DNA of 64,000 bases from assembly GCA_030390025.1 (NCBI GenBank), contig CM059431.1:137704001-137768000 (forward strand), in the 5' to 3' direction. How positions within the stretch are numbered: position 1 is the first letter of the stretch; each line of letters begins with the position of its first letter. Of this stretch, positions 13,001 to 26,684 are shown piece after piece. This stretch comes from Squalus acanthias (lineage: Eukaryota). Made by a program: the position numbers and the translations under genes. Below the pieces are notes generated by a model. It worked only from the letters and a program-made list of their open reading frames with translations, had not been told where the DNA came from and did no database searches.

Positions 13001-16000
13001 AAAGCTAAAAACAGTGGAGGTCCAAAGCTAGAAACAGTGAAGGTCGAAAGCTAGAAACAGTGTTGGTCCAAAGCTAGAAACAGTGAAGGTCCAAAGCCAG
13101 AAACAGTGAAGTTCGAAAGCTAGAAACAGTGGAGGTCCAAAGCTAGAGACAGTGAAAGTCCAAAGCTAGAAAGAGTGGAGCTCCAAAGCCAGCAAGAGTG
13201 GAGCTCCAAAGCTAGAAACAGTGGTGGACCAGAGCTAGAAAGCGTGGAGATCCTAAGCTAGAAACAGTGACGGTCCAAAGCTAGAAACAGTGGAGGTCCA
13301 CAGCTAGAGAGAGTGAAGTGCCAAAGCTAGAAACAGTGAAGGTACAAAGCAAGAAACAGTGGAGGTCCAAAGCTAGAAAGAGTGGAGATCCAAAGCTAAA
13401 AATAGTGAAGTTCCATATCTAGAACCAGTGAAGGTCCAAAGCCAGAAACAGTGGAAGTCCAAAGCTAGAAACAGTGGAGGTCCAAAGCTAGAAACAGTGG
13501 AGGTCCAAAGCTAGAAACAGTGGAGGTCCAAATCTAGAAACAGTGAAGATCCAAAGATAGAAACAGTGAAGGTCCAAAGCTAGAAACAGTGTTGGTCCAA
13601 AGCTAGAAACAGTGGAGGTCCAAATCTAGAAACAGTGGAGGATCAAATCTAGAAACAGTGGAGGTCCAAAGCTACAAACAGTAGAGGTCCAAAGCTAGAA
13701 ACAGCGGAGGTCCAAAGCTAGATAGAGTGAAGGTCCAAAGCTAGAGACAGTGAAGGTGCAAAGCTAGAGACAGTGGAGGTCCAAAGCTAGAATCAGTGAA
13801 GGTCCAAAGTAAGAAACAAATGAGATCCAAAACTAGAAACTGTGAAGGTCCAAAGCTAGACACAGTGGTGGTCCAAAGCTAGAAACAGGGGTGGTCCAAA
13901 GCTAGAAATATTGAAGGTCCAAAGCTAGAAAGAGTGGAGATCCAATGTAAGAAACAATTGAGATCCAAAACTAGAAACTGTGTAGGTCCAAAGCTAGACA
14001 CAGTGGTGGTCCAAAGCTAGAAAAAGTCATGGTCCAAAGCTAGAAACAGTGAAGTTCCAAAGTTAGAAACAGTGAATGTCCAAATCTAGAAACACTGTAC
14101 GTCCAAAGCTAGAAACAGTGAAGGTCCAAAGCTAGAAACAGTGAAGGTCCAAAGCTAGAAACAGTGGAGGTCCAAAGCTTGAAACAGTGGAGTTCCAAAG
14201 CTAGAAACAGTGAAGGTCCAAAGCCAGAAACAGTGAATGTCCAAAGTTAGAAACAGTGAAAGTAAAAATCTAGAAACTGTGAAGGTCCAAAGCTAGAAAG
14301 AGTGTTGGTCCAAAGCTAAAAACAGTGGAGGTCCAAAGCTAGAAATAGTGAAGGTCGAAAGCTAGAAACAGTGGAGGTCCACAATCGAGACAGTGAAAGT
14401 CCAAAGCTAGAAAGAGTGGAGCTCCAAAGCCAGCAAGAGTGGAGCTCCAAAGCTAGAAACAGTGGTGGACCAGAGCTAGAAAGCGTGGAGATCCTAAGCT
14501 AGAAACAGTGACGGTCCAAAGCTAGAAACAGTGGAGGTCCACAGCTAGAGAGAGTGAAGTGCCAAAGCTAGAAACAGTGAAGGTACAAAGCTAGAAACAG
14601 TGGAGGTCCAAAGCTAGAAAGAGTGGAGATCCAAAGCTAAAAATAGTGAAGTTCCATATCTAGAACCAGTGAAGGTCCAAAGCCAGAAACAGTGGAAGTC
14701 CAAAGCTAGAAACAGTGGACGTCCAAATCTAGAAACAGTGGATGTCCAAAGTTCGAAACAGTGAATGTTCAAAGCTAAAAATGGTGGATGTCCAATGCTA
14801 GAAACAGTGAAGGTCCAAAGCTAGAAACAGTGGAGGTACAAACCTAGAAACAGTGGAGTTCCACAGCTAGAGAGAGTGAAGTGCCAAAGCTAGAAACAGT
14901 GAAGGTACAAAGCAAGAAACAGTGGAGTTCCAAAGCTAGAAAGAGTGGAGATCCAAAGCTAAAATAGTGAAGTTCCATATCTAGAACCAGTGAAGGTCCA
15001 AAGCCAGAAACAGTGGAAGTCCAAAGCTAGAAACAGTCGAGGTCCAAAGCTAGAAACAGTGGAGGTCCAAAGCTAGAAACAGTGGAGGTCCAAATCTAGA
15101 AACAGTGAAGATCCAAAGATAGAAACAGTGAAGGTCCAAAGCTAGAAACAGTGTTGGTCCAAAGCTAGAAACAGTGGAGGTCCAAATCTAGAAACAGTGG
15201 ATGTCCAATGGTCGAAACAGTGAATGTTCAAAGCTAAAAATGGTGGATGTCCAATGCTAGAAACAGTGAAGGTCCAAAGCTAGAAACAGTGGAGGTACAA
15301 AGCTAGAAACAGTGGAGTTCCAAAGCTAGAAACAATGAAGGTCCAAAGCTAGAAACAGTTTTGGTCCAAAGCTTGAAACAGTGGAGGTCCAAAGCTAGAA
15401 ACAGTGAAAGTCCAAAGCTAGAAACAGTGAAGGTCGAAAGCTAGAAACAGTGGAGGTCCAAAGGTAGAAACAGTGAAAGTCCAAAGCTGGAAAGACTGGA
15501 GCTCCAAAGCTAGAAAGATTGGAGCTCCAAAGCTAGAAACAGTGGAGGTCCAAAACTAGAAAGCTTGGAGATCCTAAGCGAGAACAAGGGAAGTTCCAAA
15601 GCTAGAAACAGTGGAGGTATAAAGCCAGAGAGAGTGAAACACCAATGCTAGAAACAGTGGAGGTACAAAGCTAGAAACAATGGAGGTCCAAAGCAAGAAA
15701 CAGTGAAGATCCAAAGCTAGAAATAGTGAAGTTCCAAATGTAGAAACAGTGAAGGTCCAAAGCTAGAAATAGTGGAGGTCCAAATCTAACAACAGTGGAG
15801 GATCAAATCTAGAAACAGTGGAGGTCCAAAGCTACAAAGAGTAGAGGTCCAAAGCTAGAAACAGCGGAGGTCCAAAGCTAGATAGAGTGAAGGTCCAAAG
15901 CTAGAGACAGTGAAGGTGCAAAGCTAGAGACAGTGGAGGTCCAAAGCTAGAAAGAGTGGAGATCCAATGTAAGAAACAATTGAGATCCAAAACTAGAAAC

Positions 16001-19000
16001 TGTGAAGGTCCAAAGCTAGACACAGTGGTGGTCCAAAGCTAGAAAAAGTCATGGTCCAAAGCTAGAAACAGTGAAGTTCCAAAGTTAGAAACAGTGAATG
16101 TCCAAATCTAGAAACACTGTACGTCCAAAGCTAGAAACAGTGAAGGTCGAAAGCTAGAAACAGTGAAGGTCCAAAGCTAGAAACAGTGGAGGTCCAAAGC
16201 TTGAAACAGTGGAGTTCCAAAGCTAGAAACAGTGAAGGTCCAAAGCCAGAAACAGTGAAGGTCCAAAGTTAGAAACAGTGAAAGTAAAAATCTAGAAACT
16301 GTGAAGGTCCAAAGCTAGAAAGAGTGTTGGTCCAAAGCTAAAAACAGTGGAGGTCCAAAGCTAGAAACAGTGAAGGTCGAAATCTAGAAACAGTGTTGGT
16401 CCAAAGCTAGAAACAGTGAAGGTCCAAAGCCAGAAACAGTGAAGTTCGAAAGCTAGAAACAGTGGAGGTCCACAGCTAGAGACAGTGAAAGTCAAAAGCT
16501 AGAAAGAGTGGAGCTCCAAAGCCAGCAAGAGTGGAGCTCCAAAGCTAGAAACAGTGGTGGACCAGAGCTAGAAAGCGTGGAGATCCTAAGCTAGAAACAG
16601 TGACGGTCCAAAGCTAGAAACAGTGGAGGTCCACAGCTAGAGAGAGTGAAGTGCCAAAGCTAGAAACAGTGAAGGTACAAAGCTAGAAACAGTGGAGGTC
16701 CAAAGCTAGAAAGAGTGGAGATCCAAAGCTAAAAATAGTGAAGTTCCATATCTAGAACCAGTGAAGGTCCAAAGCCAGAAACAGTGGAAGTCCAAAGCTA
16801 GAAACAGTGGAGGTCCAAAGCTAGAAACAGTGGAGGTCCAAAGCTAGAAACAGTGGTCGTCCAAATCTAGAAACAGTGAAGATCCAAAGATAGAAACAGT
16901 GAAGGTCCAAAGTTAGAAACAGTGTTGGTCCAAATCTAGAAACAGTGGAGGTCCAAATCTAGAAACAGTGGATGTCCAAAGGTCGAAACAGTGAATGTTC
17001 AAAGCTAAAAATGGTGGATGTCCAATGCTAGAAACAGTGAACGTCCAAAGCTAGAAACAGTGGAGGTACAAACCTAGAAACAGTGGAGTTCCAAAGCTAG
17101 AAACAATGAAGGTCCAAAGCTAGAAACAGTTTTGTTCCAAAGCTTGAAACAGTGGAGGTCCAAAGCTAGAAACAGTGAAAGTCCAAAGCTAGAAACGGTG
17201 AAGGTCGAAAGCTAGAAACAGTGGAGGTCCAAAGGTAGAAACAGTGAAAGTCCAAAGCTGGAAAGAGTGGAGCTCCAAAGCTAGAAAGATTGGAGCTCCA
17301 AAGCTAGAAACAGTGGAGGTCCAAAACTAGAAAGCGTGGAGATCCTAAGCGAGAAAAAGGGAAGTTCCAAAGCGAGAAACAGTGGAGGTATAAAGCCAGA
17401 GAGAGTGAAACACCAATGCTAGAAACAGTGGAGGTACAAAGCTAGAAACAATGGAGGTCCAAAGCTAGAAACAGTGAAGATCCAAAGCTAGAAATAGTGA
17501 AGTTCCAAATGTAGAAACAGTGAAGTTCCAAAGCCAGAAACAGTGAAGGTCCAAAGTTAGAAACAGTGAAAGTACAAATCTAGAAACTGTGAAGGTCCAA
17601 AGCTAGAAAGAGTGTTGGTCCAAAGCTAAAAACAGTGGAGGTCCAAAGCTAGAAACAGTGAAGGTCGAAAGCTAGAAACAGTGTTGGTCCAAAGCTAGAA
17701 ACAGTGAAGGTCCAAAGCCAGAAACAGTGAAGTTCGAAAGCTAGAAACAGTGGAGGTCCACAGCTAGAGACAGTGAAAGTCCAAAGCTAGAAAGAGTGGA
17801 GCTCCAAAGCCAGCAAGAGTGAAGCTCCAAAGCTAGAAACAGTGGTGGACCAGAGCTAGAAAGCGTAGAGATCCTAAGCTAGAAACAGTGACGGTCCAAA
17901 GCTAGAAACAGTGGAGGTCCACAGCTAGAGAGAGTGAAGTGCCAAAGCTAGAAACAGTGAAGGTACAAAGCTAGAAACAGTGGAGGTCCAAAGCTAGAAA
18001 GAGTGGAGATCCAAAGCTAAAAATAGTGAAGTTCCATATCTAGAACCAGTGAAGGTCCAAAGCCAGAAACAGTGGAAGTCCAAAGCTAGAAACAGTGGAG
18101 GTCCAAAGCTAGAAACAGTGGAGGTCCAAAGCTAGAAACAGTGGAGGTCCAAATCTAGAAACAGTGAAGATCCAAAGATAGAAACAGTGAAGGTCCAAAG
18201 CTAGAAACAGTGTTGGTCCAAAGCTAGAAACAGTGGAGGTCCAAATCTAGAAACAGTGGATGTCCAAAGGTCGAAACAGTGAATGTTCAAAGCTAAAAAT
18301 GGTGGATGTCCAATGCTAGAAACAGTGAAGGTCCAAAGCTAGAAACAGTGGAGGTACAAAGCTAGAAACAGTGGAGTTCCAAAGCTAGAAACAATGAAGG
18401 TCCAAAGCTAGAAACAGTTTTGGTCCAAAGCTTGAAACACTGGAGGTCCAAAGCTAGAAACAGTGAAAGTCCAAAGCTAGAAACAGTGAAGGTCGAAAGC
18501 TAGAAACAGTGGAGGTCCAAAGGTAGAAACAGTGAAAGTCCAAAGCTGGAAAGAGTGGAGCTCCAAAGCTAGAAAGATTGGAGCTCCAAAGCTAGAAACA
18601 ATGGAGGTCCAAAACTAGAAAGCATGGAGATCCTAAGCGAGAAAAAGGGAAGTTCCAAAGCTAGAAACAGTGGAGGTATAAAGCCAGAGAGAGTGAAACA
18701 CCAATGCTAGAAACAGTGGAGGTACAAAGCTAGAAACAATGGAGGTCCAAAGCTAGAAACAGTGAAGATCCAAAGCTAGAAATAGTGAAGTTCCAAATGT
18801 AGAAACAGTGAAGGTCCAAAGCTAGAAATAGTGGAGGTCCAAATCTAACAACAGTGGATGTCCAAAGCTACAAACAGTAGAGGTCCAAAGCTAGAAACAG
18901 CGGAGGTCCAAAGCTAGATACAGTTAAGGTCCAAAGCTAAAGACAGTGAAGGTGCAAAGCTAGAGACAGTGGAGGTCCAAAGCTAGAATCAGTGAAGGTT

Positions 19001-22000
19001 CAAAGTAAGAAACAAATGAGATCCAAAACTAGAAACTGTGAAGGTCCAAAGCTAGACACAGTGGTGGTCCAAAGCTAGAAACAGGGGTGGTCCAAAGCTA
19101 GAAATATTGAAGGTCCAAAGCTAGAAAGAGTGGAGATCCAATGTAAGAAACAATTGAGATCCAAAACTAGAAACTGTGAAGGTCCAAAGCTAGAAAGAGT
19201 GTTGGTCCAAAGCTAAAAACTTTGGAGGTCCAAAGCTAGAAACAGTGAAGGTCGAAATCTGGAAACAGTGTTGGTCCAAAGCGAGAAAGAGTGAAGGTTC
19301 AAAGCCAGAAACAGTGTAGGTCGAAAGCTTGAAACAGTGGAGGTCCACAGCTAGAGAGAGTGAAGGGCCAAAGCTAGAAACAGTGAAGGTACAAAGCTAG
19401 AAAGAGTGGAGTTCCAAAGCTAGAAATAATGAAGTTCCATATCTAGAACCAGTGAAGCTCCAAAGCTAGAAACAGTGGAGGTCCAAATCGAGTAACAGTG
19501 GAGGTCCAAAGCTAGAAACAGTGGAGGTCCAAAGCTAGAAACAGTGAAGAACCAAGGATAGAAACAGTGAAGGTCCAAAGCTAGAAACACTGTTGGTCCA
19601 AAGCTAGAAACAGTGGAGGTCTAAAGCTAGAAACAGTGGATGGCCAAAGCTCGAAACGGTGAATGTTCAAAGCTAGAAATGGTGGATGTCCAATGCTAGA
19701 AACAGTGAAGGTCCAAAGCTAGAAACAGTGGAGGTCCAAACCTAGAAACAGTGGAGTTCCAAAGCTAGAAACAGTGAAGGTCCAAAGTTAGAAATAGTGG
19801 AGGTCCAAAGCTAGAAACAGTGAAGGTCCAAATCTAGAAACAGTGTTGGTCCAAAGCTTGAAACAGTGGAGGTCCAAAGCTAGAAACAATGAAAGTCCAA
19901 AGCTAGAAACAGTGAAGTTCGAAAGCTAGAAACAGTGGAGGTCCAAAGGTAGAGACAGTGAAAGTCCAAAGCTGGAAAGAGTGGAGCTCGAAAGCTAGAA
20001 AGAATGGAGCTCCAAAGCTAGAAACAGTGGAGGACCAAAGCTAGAAAGCGTGGAGATCCTAAGCTAGAAAATGGAAGTTCCATAGCTAGAAACATTGGAG
20101 GTACAAAGCCAAAGAGAGTGAAGGGCCAAAGCTAGAAACAGTGGAGGTACAAAGCTAGAAACAATGGAGGTCCAAAGCTAGAAACAGTGAATATCCAAGG
20201 CTAGAAATAGTGAAGTTCCAAATGTAGAAACATTGAAGGTCCAAAGCAGAAACAGTGGAGGTCCAAATCTAGAAACAGTCGAGGATCAAAGCTAGAAACA
20301 GTGGAGGTCCAAAGCTACAAACAGTCGAGGTCCAAAGCTAGAAACAGCGGAGGTCCAAAGCTAGATACAGTGAAGGTCCAAAGCTAGAGACAGTGAAGGT
20401 GCAAAGCTAGAGACAGTGGAGGTCCAAAGCTAGAATCAGTGAAGGACCAAAGTAAGAAACAAATGAGATCCAAAACTAGAAACTGTGAAGGTCCAAAGCT
20501 AGAAACAGTGAAGGTCCAAAGCTAGACACATTTGTGGTCCAAAGCTAGAAACAGGTTTGGTCCAAAGCTAGAAATATTGAAGGTCCAAAGCTAGAAAGAG
20601 TGAAGATCCAAAGCTAGAAATAGTGAAGGTCCAAAGTAAGAAACAATTGAGATCCAAAACTAGAAACTGTGAAGGTCCAAAGCTAGACACAGTGGTGGTC
20701 CAAAGCTAGAAACAGGGGTGGTCCAAAGTTAGAAATATTGAAGGTCCAAAGCTAGAAAGAGTGGAGATCCAAAGCTAGAAATAGTGAAGGTCCAAAGTAA
20801 GAAACAATTGAGATCCAAAACTAGAAACTGTGAAGGTCCAAAGCTCGACACAGTGGTGGTCCAAAGCCAGAAAAAGTCGTGGTCCAAAGCTAGAAACAGT
20901 GAAGTTCCAAAGCTAGAAACAGTGAAATCCAAAGCTTGAAACAGTGGAGGTCCAAAGCTAGAAACAGTGGAGGTCTAAAGATAGAAACACTGGATGTCCA
21001 AAGCTCGAAACAGTGAATGTTCAAAGCTAGAAATGGTGGATGTCCAATGCCAGAAACAGTGAAGGTCCAAAGCTAGAAACAGTGGAGGTACAAAGCTAGA
21101 AATAGTGGAGTTCCAAAGCTAGAAACAGTGAAGGTCCAAAGTTAGAAACAGTGGAGGTCCAAAGCTAGAAACAGTGAAGGTCCAAAGCTAGAAACAGTGT
21201 TGGTCCAAAGCTTGAAACTGTGGAGGTCCAAAGCTAGAAACAATGAAAGTCCAAAGCTAGAGACAGTGAAGTTCGAAAGCTAGAAACAGTGGAGGTCCAA
21301 AGGTAGAGACAGTGAAAGTCCAAAGCTGGAAAGGGCGGAGCTCCAAAGCTAGAAAGAATGGAGCTCCAAAGCTAGAAACAGTGGAGGACCAAAGCTAGAA
21401 AGCTTGGAGATCCTAAGCTAGAAAAAGGGAAGTTCCATAGCTAGGAACAGTGGAGGTACAAAGCCAGAGAGAGTGAAGGGCCAAAGCTAGAAACAGTGGA
21501 GGTACAAAGCTAGAAACAATGGAGGTCCAAAGCTAGAAACAGTGAAGATCTAAGGCTAGAAATAGTGAAGTTCCAAATGTAGAAACAGTGAAGGTCCAAA
21601 GCTAGAAACAGTGGAGGTCCAAATCTAGAAACAGTGGAGGATCAAAGCTAGAAACAGCGGAGCTCCAAAGCTAGATACAGTGAAGGTCCAAAGCTAGAGA
21701 CAGTGAAGGTGCAAAGCTAGAGACAGTGGAGGTCCAAAGCTAGAATCAGTGAAGGACCAAAGTAAGAAACAAATGAGATCCAAAACTAGAAATTGTGAAG
21801 GTGAAAAGCTAGAAACAGTGAAGGTCCAAAGCTAGACATATTTGTGGTCCAAAGTTAGAAACAGGGTTGGTCCAAAGCTAGAAAAATTGAAGGTCCAAAG
21901 CGAGAAAGAGTGGAGATCCAAAGCTAGAAATAGTGAAGGTCCAAAGTAAGAAAGAATTGAGATCCAAAACTAGAAACTGTGAAGGTCCAAAGCTAGGCAC

Positions 22001-23335
22001 AGTGGTGGTCCAAAGCGAGAAACAGGGGTGGTCCAAAGCTAGAAATATTGAAGGTCCAAATCTAGAAAGAGTGGAGATTCAAAGCTAGAAATAGTGAAGG
22101 TCAAAAGTAAGAAACAATTGAGATCCAAAACTAGAAACTGTGAAGGTCCATAGCTAGACACAGTGGTGGTCCAAAGCTAGAAAAATTCGTGGTCCAAAGC
22201 TAGAAACAGTGAAGTTCCAAAGTTAGAAACAGTGAATGTCCAAATCTAGAAACACTGTGCGGCCAAAGCTATAAACAGTGAAGACCAAAGCTAGAAACAG
22301 TAAAGGTCCAAAGCTAGAAACAGTGAAGGTCCAAAGCCAGAAACAGTGAAGGTCCAAAGTTAGAAACAGTGAAAGTAAAATCTAGAAATTGTGAAGGTCC
22401 AAAGCTAGAAAGAGTTTTGGTCGAAAGCTAAAAACAGTGGAGGTCCAAAGCTAGAAACAGTGAAGGTTGAAAGCTAGAAACAGTGTTGGTCCAAAGCTAG
22501 AAACAGTGAAGGTCCAAAGCCGGAAACAGTGAAGGTCGAAAGCTAGAAACAGTGGAGGTCCACAGCTAGAGACAGTGAAAGTCCAAAGCTAGAAAGAGTG
22601 GAGCTCCAAAGCCAGCAAGAGTGGAGCTCCAAAGCTAGAAACAGTGGAGGACCACAGCTAGAAAGCGTGGAGATCCTAAGCTAGAAACAGTGACGATCCA
22701 AAGCTAGCAACAGTGGAGGTCCACAGCAAGAGAGAGTGAAGGGCCAAAGCTAGAAACAGTGAAGGTACAAAGCTAGAAAGAGTGGAGATCCAAATCTAAA
22801 TATAGTGAAGTTCCATATCTAGAACCGGTGAAGGTCCAAAGCTAGAAAAAGTGAAGGTCCATAGCTGGAAACAGTGAATGTCCAAAGCTAGAAACACTGG
22901 AGGTCCAAATCTTGAAACAGTGGAGGTCCAAAGCTTGAAACAGTGGAGGTCCAAAGCTCGAAACAGTGAAAGTGCAAAGTTAGAAACAGTGAATGTCCAA
23001 ATCTAGAAACACTGTACGTCCAAAGCTAGAAACAGTGGAGGTCCAAAGCTAGAAACAGTGGAGTTCCAAAACCAGCAATAGTAAAGGTCCAAAGCTAGAA
23101 ACAGTGAAGTTCCAAAGCTAGAAACAGTAGAGGTCCAAAGCTAGAAACAGTGAAGGTCCAAAGCTAGAAACAGTAGAGGTCCAAAGGTATAAAGAGTGAA
23201 GATCCAAAGCTAGAAACAGTGACGGACCAAAGCTAGAAACAGTGGAGGTCCAAACCTAGGAAGAGTGAAGGTCCAAAGCTAGAAGTAGTGAACTCCAAAG
23301 CTAGAAGCAGTGAAGGTCCAAAGCTAGAAATAGCC
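10064..23335. repeat. 23-bp tandem satellite (CTAGAAACAGTGGAGGTCCAAAG), ~13.3 kb, with higher-order structure
   Basis: CTAGA at 10086, 10109 etc.; diagnostic variant monomers recur at 1288-bp and ~4620-bp spacing. Confidence 0.98.
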
Positions 23336-24640
23336 TGAATCTCCCTTGTATTATCAGCTGACATCTGTCATTCGCCCCCTTTTTCTGCTCCATACCACTT
23401 TCTAACACCTTCGTCATCCATTGAGCTCTGGCTTTGGTTGTCCTTCCTTTCCCACTTGTACGAATGCATCTAGACTGTTCCCGAACCATCTCCTCTTTAA
23501 AGGCCGCTCATTGCTCCATTACATTTCTGACTGCCAATATTAGACTCCAATTTACCCGGGCCAGATCACTCCTCAGTTCGCTGACAGTAGCCCTTCTGCA
23601 GTTAAGTTTGTTTTCATTTATAGATTGTACCTTGTCCTTCTCCATAGCGAATATTATTACGATATTCCGATATTATTATCACTCTTCGCGAGATTCACTC
23701 CAACTGTGACATTCTCCACTTGATCCACTTCATTCCCCAGCACTACATCCAGCAATGCCTCTCCTTTCATCGGGCAGGAAACATATTAATCAATAAGATT
23801 CTCTTAAACACACTTCAGAAATTCCTCCCCTTCTCTGCCCTCAACACAATCACTGCCCCAACAATATTGGGTTAGTTAAAGTCTCCCATTATCACTTGGG
23901 TATAGTTCTTGCACAGCTGAGTAATTTATTTTCCAAATCTGCTCCTCAAACTCACTCAGCAGAACCATATTCCTAGTTCTACCTATGTTGTTGCTTCCTA
24001 CGTGGACTATGTCAACTGGATCTTCCCCCTCTCAATCCAAATTAATCTCCAGCCGCGAGGAGATATCCTTAAACCTGGCACCGGGCAGGCAACAAAGCCT
24101 TCAGAACTCACGGTCGCGCCTACAGAGAGCAGTAGCCATCCCCCTGATAATACTGTGCCCTAACACTGCAACATTCCTTTTCACTCCCCGTCACTTGAAT
24201 GGCCTCCTATACCACGGTGCCTTGGTCAGTTTGCTCAACCACCCTGCAGAATTTGCCCTCATCCATACAGGCAGCAAAAACCTCATACCTGTTGGAAAAG
24301 GGCAAAGGCTGAGGCTCCTCCAGCACTGCACCTGAGGTCCTCTTACCTGCCTGAGTTGCTTTCACACACTCCCATCACTGGCCACTAAGCAGACCTGTAC
24401 CGCTACGTAATCTAATAGGTACTTTTGCCTCCTGGATCAAAGTGTCCATATAACTCTCCCCCTCCTTGATGCCCCGCAATATCTGCACCTCCGTCTCCAG
24501 CTCAACAACTCTGAGTTCCTCAGGTTGCAGGCACTTACTGCAAACGTGGTTGTCCGGGATCACAATGCTCTCGACAAACTCCCACATGTCGTAGTTGTGT
24601 CACACCTCCTGCGTAACCCTCCCTTTATAACTTTGCTTTA
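23336..24640 (-). mobile_element. Degraded CR1 LINE: ORF1 N-terminal Zn-finger/leucine-zipper region plus ORF2 endonuclease remnant
   Basis: Minus ORF 24375-24587 MWE..HVCSKC..LRVVELETEVQILR resembles CR1 ORF1; minus-strand VIMGDFN (APE motif) at ~23876-23896; multiple stops. Confidence 0.75.
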
Positions 24641-24984
24641 TTTATTTAGTGAAATAAAAATTACGTTTTTAATTAACTTAGCTTATAGTTTTGTTTTAGC
24701 AAATTGCCCTATCTAGTTTTAGTTCGAGGTAGTTTAAATTATATATTTACCTGTAACTCAATGCACTCCAAGTATTGGAGGCAAAAATCAGCACCTCCTT
24801 CCCCCTCTGCTCCGAATCCCCAAACTCTCCAAATTCCCAAATTTAACACTCTGATTAGAAACGCTCTGTTTAAGCACACTCTGTACAGACCACTTAGAAA
24901 GAAAAAGGTAACTTTCTAATAGAGATTGATTTCCTAGCACAGGGCGAATTTTCCCTCACAGCTGTGATCTCTGACTCAATTAGT

Positions 24985-25225
24985 GACATAGGAACAGGAG
25001 TAGGCCATTCAGCCCCTCGAGCCTGTTCCACCATTCAATGAGATCGTGGCTGATCTGCGACCAAACTCCACATACCCGCCTTTTACCCATATCCATTATA
25101 CCGTTGGTTAACAAAATGCTATCAATCTCCAATTTAAAATTACCAATTGATCTAGCATCAATCGAGAGTTCCAAACTTTTACCACCCTTGGTGTGTAGAA
25201 GTTTTTGCTAATTTCACTCCTGAAA
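24985..25225 (-). mobile_element. CR1 LINE 3' end
   Basis: ACATAGGAACAGGAGTAGGCCATTCAGCCCCTCGAGCCTG is the reverse complement of the CR1 3' terminus seen after the RT at 56880-56925. Confidence 0.85.
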
Positions 25226-25229
25226 GGTT

Positions 25230-25572
25230 TGGCCCTAATTTTGAATTTTCTCATTTACACCTCCTCTAGACCCATCTTTTTTCCACATTACCATCTCCTT
25301 TCGCCATGTACCATCATTCCATGTGTCATTTAGTCTCTGCTGCCTTCCACCTGTCATAGACCTTCCCTTTTGTTTTTTGCTCTCCTCCCCCTTCCCCTCC
25401 TCTGTACTTGCCTGAAACCTATTACATCTCTAACCTTTTCCCGTCCTAACGCATGGTCATCGATCTGAAACGTGCACTTTGTTTCTCTCTCCACAGATGC
25501 TGCCTGACCGACTGAGTATATCCAGCATTTAGAGATTTATTTCAGATTTCCAGGATCTGCAGTATTTTGCTT
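25230..25572 (+). mobile_element. Degraded Penelope 3' terminal region
   Basis: Pyrimidine-rich segment plus TGAAACGT..CTCTCTCCACAGATGCTGCCTGACC; similar to the reverse complement of 54575-54860. Confidence 0.6.
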
Positions 25573-26069
25573 CTGTCTTTCTCCATTTCTGTCTCTCTCT
25601 CTATGCCTTTCTCAATTTTTTTCCGGGTTCCTGTCTCCCTTCCATTTCCCCTTTTTTATGTGGGAGATGACATTACAGATGAGGAAGCATGGTGCGCGGG
25701 TTCTCAGATTGAGGGTCACCACCTCTCTCACCCTCTCACATACGCAGATCTGAAAGTGAGAAGGACAAACAAGGGAACTGGCCCAAAGATATTTATGCCT
25801 CTGTCCTATGTCAAATCAGTGAATCAAAGAGCGGCGAGTCCGTCTAATTGCTCAATGTGCAACGTCTCCAGTTTTATAGAGAGAGATTGTCACAGGAGGT
25901 GGGTCAGGAAAAATAGAGCGTCTGGACAAGAAAAAAGCTGCTCGGAAAATAACGTCCACAATAGGACAGACAGAGAGGAGGTTCTAACTCACGCTCTTCA
26001 ATTCAAAAGACCAATGTTTTACCACTGGCCCACCGCGCCCACTCGACACAGCATCTGCGCTGCCGGGTG

Positions 26070-26332
26070 TGACACTCCAGATGTGGCATTCCAGATGACA
26101 CACTCTAGATGTCATACTCCTGATGTCATGTTCCGAATGTCCCTCTCCGCATGTCACACAGTAGATGTCACACTCTAAATGTCACACTCTAGATGTCACA
26201 CTTCAGATGTCACACTCCAAATGTCACACTCTAGATATGAGATTCCTGATGTCACACCCAGATGTCACGCTCCTGATGTCCCTCTCCAGATGTCGCATTC
26301 AAGATATCACTCTCTGATGTCACACTCCAGAG
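26070..26332. repeat. 14-bp minisatellite (GATGTCACACTCCA)
   Basis: About 18 degenerate tandem copies. Confidence 0.9.
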
Positions 26333-26684
26333 GCCAAACATTTTTCAATGTTATTTTCGAAATTTCCCTTTCCCCATGCAGAGCCGGTGTTCTTACACAT
26401 AGACGGGCCGCCAGCTGCCCCGCCATTGGCCTCGGTTTCGCGCTTCATCCGAAAAAAGCGGCTCCTCGGACACTGCAGCACCGGGATTGTCAGCCTGGAT
26501 CGTGTGTTCAATATCTGACACTGACCCTAGGATCGCATTGAGTTTAATGTTGAGAGTTCCAGTTGGTATCAACAGGATGTAACCAAATGCTTCATTGATA
26601 TCACGAAATGTTCTATATCTGTCACCAAATGCTTCATTTATATCACCAAATTTTCTATATCTATCACCAAATGCTTCGCTGGAT

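Noticed and set aside
10064..23335. CRISPR-like appearance of the short regular repeats (also the 26-bp arrays)
   Set aside because: Units are head-to-tail with no unique spacers, no cas genes, and the context is vertebrate
25567..26541. 203-aa and 120-aa ORFs
   Set aside because: Low-complexity start and 14-bp minisatellite content; no recognisable domain
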